Source of the DNA: an archaeon
GTDB lineage: Archaea > B1Sed10-29 > WALL01
DNA: 35,729 nucleotides
Direction of reading: 5' to 3'
Assembly (NCBI GenBank): GCA_042584585.1
Contig: JBHOSQ010000011.1
Span: 1-35,729 of the forward strand
Program-made: the position numbers and the translations under genes
Part shown: one piece after another, positions 15,791 through 21,667 of the stretch
Position numbering within the stretch: position 1 is the stretch's first letter
How the letters are laid out: each line of letters starts with the position of its first letter
The notes under the pieces: model-generated
Told to the model about the DNA's origin: nothing
Databases searched by the model: none
What the model saw: only the letters and a program-made list of their open reading frames with translations

Positions 15791-16689
15791 AGCTGCTGGA
15801 CGCTGCACGGAACGCGGTTGCGCTCTCCAAGCCAAAGAAAAAAGAGTCGCTCTTGGTTGTGACCGACGCCCCAACCCTCGCGATAGGCAAAGCCATTTAC
15901 GAGGCCGCGCAGGAAAAGTGCGGGGCGGAAATTCTGGTGATTAAGCCCACGGGCGGGCACAGCCGTGAGCCGCCAAAGAAAGTGGCCGCAGCCATGAAAA
16001 AAGCGGACATTGTTTATTGCCCAACTAAATACTCGTTGACCCACACCGGAGCGTCTCGTGCCGCGAAAAAGAATGGCGCCACGGTGATTACGCTGCCCGG
16101 AATTACGCGGCCTGTTTTCATTCGAGGCGTGGGGGTGGACTACAAAAAAGTGCGGCGGACCACGAAGCGAATCAGCGACAAGATGCACAAGGCCAAAAAA
16201 GTGCGGATTGTGGCGCGTGGGACTGACGTGACGATTGATGTTCGGGGGTGCAAGCGCGCGGACGACGGAGGGTGGTTCCCGCGGAAGAGCATCCATAATT
16301 TGCCGAGCGGCGAGGCAGCGGTCGCGCCGAAGGGCGCGGACGGGTTTTTCACCGCGAAGGACCTGCACCTGGCGAAAAAAGCGGTGAAATTCACGGTGAA
16401 AAAAGGGAAAGTCGTGGGCGTGGACAGCCCGCGGCTCAAGCGGCATTTGTGGAAAATCAGGAACGCACGGAACATTGCGGAGCTGGGGATTGGGACGAAC
16501 CCGGGGGCGAAACTGTCGGACAGCACGCTGGAGGCCGAGAAGGTGCTTGGGACGTGCCACATTGCGGTGGGCGACTCGAAGAGCATGGGCGGCGCGGTGT
16601 CCGCGGAAATCCATTGGGACTTCATAATCAACAAGCCGACGATTTGGTTCGACCGGAAAAAGGTAATGGACAAGGGGCGATTATTGTGA
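15787..16689 (+). CDS. Aminopeptidase (M29/aminopeptidase T-like)
   Basis: NLPSGE, IAELGIGTN, EKVLGTCHIAVG, IHWD. Confidence 0.9.
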   Translation: MKLLDAARNAVALSKPKKKESLLVVTDAPTLAIGKAIYEAAQEKCGAEILVIKPTGGHSREPPKKVAAAMKKADIVYCPTKYSLTHTGASRAAKKNGATVITLPGITRPVFIRGVGVDYKKVRRTTKRISDKMHKAKKVRIVARGTDVTIDVRGCKRADDGGWFPRKSIHNLPSGEAAVAPKGADGFFTAKDLHLAKKAVKFTVKKGKVVGVDSPRLKRHLWKIRNARNIAELGIGTNPGAKLSDSTLEAEKVLGTCHIAVGDSKSMGGAVSAEIHWDFIINKPTIWFDRKKVMDKGRLL

Positions 16690-17687
16690 GGACTCACAAG
16701 CTTGACGAATTGGTGGGAAAGAAGTGTGACACTGTGTTGATACCTAGTTCGGGGATGGCTCCGGACATGAATTTGCAGTACTATTCGGGGATTGACGCGA
16801 CGCAGGCCGGCGGCGCGGTGCTTTGGAGGGTCGGCAAGGACCCTGTTTTGGTGGCGCGGGACTCGAAACAGAAACGGAAGGCGAAGCTGGTGGTGCGGAA
16901 GGACCAGAAGACGGTTTACCGCGAGCTGAAGAAGCGAAGGGCGAAGCGAATCGGGGTGAACATGGATTATTTGTCGGTGAATGCGGCAAAGAAGATTCGG
17001 AAGGAGAGCGGCGCGAAGTTGGTTGACATCAGCAAGGAATTAAAGCAGGTGCGGGCGATTAAGGAAAAGGGGGAGTTGAAGAGTATTTCACTTGCGTGCG
17101 GGGAGACGAGGAAGGCATTAAAGAAATTGCGGCTGTTGGGCCGCAGCGAAAAAGCGGTTTACGCGGACTTGGTCTCGAGTTATGCGGCGAGGGGGTTGCC
17201 GTTGGCGTTTGACCCGATTGTCGCGGCGGGAAAGAACACCGGATTGATTCACACGCGGCCCACGGCGACGCGGATTGGGAAGCGGGACTGCGTGATTATT
17301 GACACTGGGTGCCGGGTGAATGGCTATTGTAGTGACATCACGATTACGAGGTGTGAGGCGCCGGACTCCCGGACAGAGGGGATGCTGTTGTCTGTGTTCG
17401 AGGCCAGCAAATTGGCGTTGCGTGAGGCGCGGCCGGGGATGAAGGCAAAGGACTTGTGCGAATCAGTGAAGGCGTGTTTTGGCAGGCGCGCGAAGTATTG
17501 GGCGTATGGGTTGGGCCACGGGATTGGCCTGGGCGTGCATGAGTCGCCGAGCCTATCGCTGGAGAGCGATGACGTGCTGGAAGCAGGAATGGTGTTCACG
17601 CTTGAGCCCGGGCTTGTGGGCCCTGGGCAGGGAGCGAGGATTGAGTACACGGGTGTGCTCACAAAAAACGGTTTCAGGGTGCTGTGA
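16686..17687 (+). CDS. Xaa-Pro peptidase (M24B) family protein
   Basis: RAIK..E, IDTG..GYCSDIT, GHGIGLGVHE, TLEPG, ARIE; GTG start overlapping previous stop (GTGA). Confidence 0.9.
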   Translation: MRTHKLDELVGKKCDTVLIPSSGMAPDMNLQYYSGIDATQAGGAVLWRVGKDPVLVARDSKQKRKAKLVVRKDQKTVYRELKKRRAKRIGVNMDYLSVNAAKKIRKESGAKLVDISKELKQVRAIKEKGELKSISLACGETRKALKKLRLLGRSEKAVYADLVSSYAARGLPLAFDPIVAAGKNTGLIHTRPTATRIGKRDCVIIDTGCRVNGYCSDITITRCEAPDSRTEGMLLSVFEASKLALREARPGMKAKDLCESVKACFGRRAKYWAYGLGHGIGLGVHESPSLSLESDDVLEAGMVFTLEPGLVGPGQGARIEYTGVLTKNGFRVL

Positions 17688-19280
17688 ATGAACATTGAGG
17701 AAAAGAAGAAGAGGAGCATGGACGCTTTCGTGGACTTGATTGGCAGGGCCATGAAGTCTTTGGCGGAGAGGCACGAGGGGATGGGGCACGAGTGGCCTGA
17801 CTCCCAGTTTGTCAACGAGCTCGCGGAACAGGCGAACAACGGGCGGCTGCCGGTTGTCGTGGTCGAGGGCGAGAATTTGGGGAAGGACAAGGGCACGATT
17901 CTTGGGACGACTACTGTGATTTACCGGAATGGATTGCCGACGAGCGAGTTCATCAAGGAGCCAAGCAACCTGTTCAATGAGGACGGCACAATCCGCAAGA
18001 GCATGGCGCCGGTGCTTGTGCACGAGTACTGCCACGCGCTCCAGAACATGTCAATGAAGAATTTGACGGCTGAACAGCGGGCGCAAGTCCCAGTCGCCAC
18101 GATTGAGCACGCGAACCAGGCGCTGGCCATCAGCGTGTGGGAAGAAATCAAGAAAATCATGAGGCCGGAGGAGGCAGCGGCTGCGGAGCGGGAGTGGTAC
18201 GCGAAAAAATCCAAGTCGTGGCGCGGCCAGCACAAGGAGGCAGTGAATTGGGTGCCCGAGGCAGAGACCGAGACCATGGCGTTTCAGGACAAGGTGTCGC
18301 GCTATCCCGGCGACATTTTCATCAGGCAGAACAAGGAATGGTTCGAGGACAAGGGCAGAATCAGTGTCCAGATAAAGTCGGATTCCATGCCGATGAAGGA
18401 ATTGGCGAGGCAGTGGGCTGCCGCGAAGGACAGTGTCGACGTGCCTGACGAGATGGACGGCCTGGTCAGGGGGATGCTGCTGAAGAAGGCGGTGCGCAAG
18501 CGCTCGCCAGTCAAGGATTTCATGCGCTACATCGGGGGCGGGAACGGCAAAAGGTCTCCGCTGAAGGACTTCATGGGCTACGTGGGGACAGGCAGCCAGT
18601 CCCAGATTAAGGATATGGCGGGTTACATGCGGGAGAGGGGTATTGTGTCCGGCGAGCTGCTTGGCGAGTTCACGCCCGAGCCGAGGAAGGACGCCCTCAC
18701 GCGCTTCGTCATGGGCGAGCTGAAGCATCGCCGCGAAATCGGTAGGCTGGACGAGATGCGGGAGCGGCTGGATCGGGGCCAGATGGACATTAGGGATCTA
18801 AACGCGCTGCATGACTTCGCTGTGAAAAAGGGTTTCGGCGAGCACATCGAGTGGGCCAGGAAGACGCAGGGCGAGGGCACTAAGGAGTATGCCCACACGC
18901 TGATTGACTTTGCGAAGGTGCACAAGATTGGCGAGCTTGAGCGGGGCCGCATGAGCGTGGAACGGGCGGCCGGGGTGCTTGGGACACGGCTCAAGATTTT
19001 GCACAACACGGGGTATTTCCCGGAGGACCACATCAAGGAGATTTACGAGCGGGAGAAGTACTTGCACACGCCTGAGAGGGAGCGGATGCTTGAGGGAATC
19101 CGTGAGAAGGCGCGGCTCCGTGGAATCAGCAAAGAGATTTCGGAGCGGAAGACAAAGCGCGATAGGGAGTCCAAGGAAAAGACGAAGAAGGGCGGCGGCC
19201 TGAGAGGAATCGGCGGGCGCCGTGGGCGAAGCCAGAGTAGGACTAGGCGGAGTGGAACGAGAGGGCCTATCCCGAAGTAG
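17688..19280 (+). CDS. Hypothetical 530-aa protein with HExxH (zincin-like) motif
   Basis: VLVHEYCHALQ; internal KDFMxY repeats; Arg/Lys/Gly-rich tail; abuts previous stop. Confidence 0.75.
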   Translation: MNIEEKKKRSMDAFVDLIGRAMKSLAERHEGMGHEWPDSQFVNELAEQANNGRLPVVVVEGENLGKDKGTILGTTTVIYRNGLPTSEFIKEPSNLFNEDGTIRKSMAPVLVHEYCHALQNMSMKNLTAEQRAQVPVATIEHANQALAISVWEEIKKIMRPEEAAAAEREWYAKKSKSWRGQHKEAVNWVPEAETETMAFQDKVSRYPGDIFIRQNKEWFEDKGRISVQIKSDSMPMKELARQWAAAKDSVDVPDEMDGLVRGMLLKKAVRKRSPVKDFMRYIGGGNGKRSPLKDFMGYVGTGSQSQIKDMAGYMRERGIVSGELLGEFTPEPRKDALTRFVMGELKHRREIGRLDEMRERLDRGQMDIRDLNALHDFAVKKGFGEHIEWARKTQGEGTKEYAHTLIDFAKVHKIGELERGRMSVERAAGVLGTRLKILHNTGYFPEDHIKEIYEREKYLHTPERERMLEGIREKARLRGISKEISERKTKRDRESKEKTKKGGGLRGIGGRRGRSQSRTRRSGTRGPIPK

Positions 19281-19281
19281 T

Positions 19282-19590
19282 TCACTTGAACGCGTTGCGG
19301 ATGCGGCGGATGTCTTTCATGGCTTTTTCTTCGGCTATGAATACATAGAGGAATAGCACTCCCGCGAAGAACGAGATTATTCCGCCGAATATTTTGAAGC
19401 CGCCGTTGAACACCCCTGAGTCCGAAAGGAAGTATAGTGCCTCGCGGATGAAGAGGAACATCATGGCTATGGACAGGAACGCTGGGATTTTGTTTTTGGG
19501 GTTTGCCCCGTAGAGGTACGCCGACACTAGGAACAAAAGGAAAAAAAACGCTGTTCCGAACGCCTGAATGAACGTCAAGTCGATTTGCAT
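19282..19590 (-). CDS. Small membrane protein (3 TM)
   Basis: Three hydrophobic segments, basic C-terminus; 5 nt downstream of methyltransferase stop. Confidence 0.75.
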   Translation of the reverse strand: MQIDLTFIQAFGTAFFFLLFLVSAYLYGANPKNKIPAFLSIAMMFLFIREALYFLSDSGVFNGGFKIFGGIISFFAGVLFLYVFIAEEKAMKDIRRIRNAFK

Positions 19591-19594
19591 TTTG

Positions 19595-20116
19595 TCACTT
19601 CCTGCAGAGGATTACCGCGCTTAGCTCGTCGTCGGAGCGGCCCACGATTTTTTGGCTGATTACGTCGAGGCCGTACGAGAGCTCAATCAGTTCTTCAAGG
19701 GCTTGGGCCTTGTTGAACACGTTGCAAAACTTTGATATCAGGACATGCCCCCTTGGCTTGAGCACGCGCCTCATTTCCGAGACGGCGCGGCGGGCCTGGG
19801 TGGCGTGGAGCGTGTCTAGGCATACAACAAAGTCGAACGAGTCGTCCTCGAACGGCAGCTTTTCGGCTGTGCAGTGAATGGTGTTGTAGCCTTTTTTGAT
19901 GGCTGTCTTGAGCATGGTGGGGTCTTCGTCGATTCCCACGACGTCAAGGATGACTCCTTTGCCGCGGAGGAATTCCTCGAACAGGGCGGTGCCTATCCCA
20001 ACGTCCAGCACCTTGCCGCGGAGGTTCACTCCCTCCAGCATGGGCAGCATTCCGTCGTATTTGCGGAATTGGCACTCCATCTTCCAGGAGTCGTAGATAA
20101 GGCTTGATATTCCCAC
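19595..20116 (-). CDS. Class I SAM-dependent methyltransferase
   Basis: VLDVGIGT, VVGID, AEKLPFEDDSFDFVV, RRVLKPRG. Confidence 0.88.
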   Translation of the reverse strand: MGISSLIYDSWKMECQFRKYDGMLPMLEGVNLRGKVLDVGIGTALFEEFLRGKGVILDVVGIDEDPTMLKTAIKKGYNTIHCTAEKLPFEDDSFDFVVCLDTLHATQARRAVSEMRRVLKPRGHVLISKFCNVFNKAQALEELIELSYGLDVISQKIVGRSDDELSAVILCRK

Positions 20117-20198
20117 GCAAAACTAAACGCAATAAGGGTTTATAGAGGTTTCGATTCAAACCCCCAAATCTTAAATAAGGTGGCTGCGTTAGTGGTGT

Positions 20199-20714
20199 AT
20201 GGCCATCCACAAGCTAATGGACCACCGCTCAATAACCCCTGCACATCATGAGCTCGTGAAAAGCCTAACCCCACGCGACGCCAGGAACATGTTGGGTGTC
20301 GTCAACAGTAGCACGGCACTGAAGCACGAGAACATGAAGGCCTTGTTCTTGGGCAGCACTGTCGAGATGGAGCGCTACAACAAGAATGGGGGAAAGGCAA
20401 AGGCGTTTGAGGGGGGAGCCATAAGAGTCATGCCTGAGTATTTTGGCGAAATGGACACGTCAAAAAACAAGCAGCGGGCAATACAAAAGTTCCTTAGGGG
20501 CGTGTTGCACCTGAGCAGAGGAGACCTGTTCGAGAGCGCCAAGATATCGTACATCAATGGCGAGGGCGAGCTCATAGAAAACATTGATGTAGGCGGCACT
20601 GGCTCAATACCTGAGGACATAATGGCCCTTACACGCATTCACGTCGAGACACCAAAGAACCGCATTCTAACGCAAGTGATAAAGGATTACCAGAAGGAAG
20701 TGTACGGCCGGTAG
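20199..20714 (+). CDS. Hypothetical protein (171 aa)
   Basis: Clean ORF with TTAAATA box ~25 nt upstream; no recognisable motif. Confidence 0.7.
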   Translation: MAIHKLMDHRSITPAHHELVKSLTPRDARNMLGVVNSSTALKHENMKALFLGSTVEMERYNKNGGKAKAFEGGAIRVMPEYFGEMDTSKNKQRAIQKFLRGVLHLSRGDLFESAKISYINGEGELIENIDVGGTGSIPEDIMALTRIHVETPKNRILTQVIKDYQKEVYGR

Positions 20715-20854
20715 GCGGCCTGCTAATGCAGGCGGTGTGTGTGGAACCTACGATTCCCAGAGGCGGGTTGTATTGTTCAAATAGTTTTGCCGACTGGGCT
20801 TTTCTAGCCCCTTGACGTTGACTTGAGTCAACGTCCATCCGCAAAGAAAAGCCT
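20715..20854 (-). repeat. Second copy of the tRNA-associated hairpin element, directly downstream of tRNA-Gly
   Basis: Reverse complement of 20755-20854 equals 14260-14363 apart from two substitutions and one 4-nt indel; two further hairpins keep structure but not sequence. Confidence 0.9.
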
Positions 20855-20856
20855 AG

Positions 20857-20929
20857 TGCGCCGTGGGGGATTTGAACCCCCGTTATTAGCTTGGGAAGCT
20901 AAGGTCCTGCCAGACTAGACTAACGGCGC
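20857..20929 (-). tRNA. tRNA-Gly(CCC)
   Basis: Cloverleaf gcgccgt..acggcgc-a; loop TTCCCAA; TTCAAAT T-loop. Confidence 0.96.
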
Positions 20930-21005
20930 ATCATTCGTCCGCTGTCGGCAGTAGCCGGCACGGACAACGTGCCAGCTTAGTTTAAGCTGCTTGACTAACG
21001 GCGCA
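20918..21005. repeat. 13-bp duplication of the tRNA-Gly 5' end flanking a 62-bp triple-hairpin insert
   Basis: gactaacggcgca at 20918-20930 and 20993-21005; stems cggc/gccg, gcacg/cgtgc, cagctta/taagctg between them. Confidence 0.8.
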
Positions 21006-21075
21006 GTGCTGTGTTTTTGGTTTTAGCGGATTTAAAAGGCTAATCCTTAAATACTGGCGCCGGGTTTTTAGTCGC

Positions 21076-21282
21076 ATGGCAAGGAAAAAGGCCAAGAAGA
21101 AGGCTGTCAAGAGAAAGAAGCCTGCACGGAGAAAGGGCCCGGACACGGACCTTGTTTTCGTTGGCGGGGTTGCGTTGGTTGCCGCTGCTGCGGTTTACTT
21201 AATGATGGGCCAGGACGCGTTCATTTGGTACGGCGTTCCTGCGGCCGTCGGAGTGGCATTGCTTTACGAGGCCTACAAGTAA
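21076..21282 (+). CDS. Small membrane protein with Lys/Arg-rich N-terminus (2 TM)
   Basis: MARKKAKKKAVKRKKPARRK then two hydrophobic helices; TTAAATA box upstream. Confidence 0.75.
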   Translation: MARKKAKKKAVKRKKPARRKGPDTDLVFVGGVALVAAAAVYLMMGQDAFIWYGVPAAVGVALLYEAYK

Positions 21283-21629
21283 ATCGACGCAGAATTTACT
21301 CCGCTTGCCCACACCCTGACTTCACCAGTGGTTGCTGCGGCTAAAGAACAGCTATGGGTGACCCCCGGGATTAGCACGGTCGCAGAGTCAAACGTGCAGT
21401 CCCCCGCGGTCGTCTCCATTGCACTGAACTCCGTCGTGTTGACCGCGCCGATGTTGGTTATTCTCAGCCGAGACGAGTTATAGGCGTGCACTTGGATGTC
21501 CACGTTCGAGTGTGGCAGGGAAGGCGCCGCCGCGGTTTCCCCGATAAGCCAGTAATAAATCGCGAGCGTCGCCAACAAGCCTATCGCAACAAGCATGATG
21601 AATGCAACAACCGGGGAAATGCCTCGCAT
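21273..21629 (-). CDS. Archaeal type IV pilin-like protein (class III signal peptide)
   Basis: MRG|ISPVVAFIMLVAIGLLATLAIYYW; small beta domain with I-x-N-x-G and a Cys pair; ATG at 21629. Confidence 0.85.
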   Translation of the reverse strand: MRGISPVVAFIMLVAIGLLATLAIYYWLIGETAAAPSLPHSNVDIQVHAYNSSRLRITNIGAVNTTEFSAMETTAGDCTFDSATVLIPGVTHSCSLAAATTGEVRVWASGVNSASIYL

Positions 21630-21667
21630 ACGGCAACTAACTCGTTTCTGGCTTATAAATCCAGTTG

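Noticed and set aside
16449-16685. N-terminal extensions given in the ORF track (16449, 24486, 24661, 21677, 33294, 34156)
   Set aside because: They overlap neighbouring genes or promoters; downstream starts match signal peptides, stop/start overlaps or TATA spacing
13160-20835. GACGTTGAC palindrome copies as a CRISPR array
   Set aside because: Copies are dispersed over kilobases and in both orientations, with no regular repeat-spacer period and no cas genes in the window
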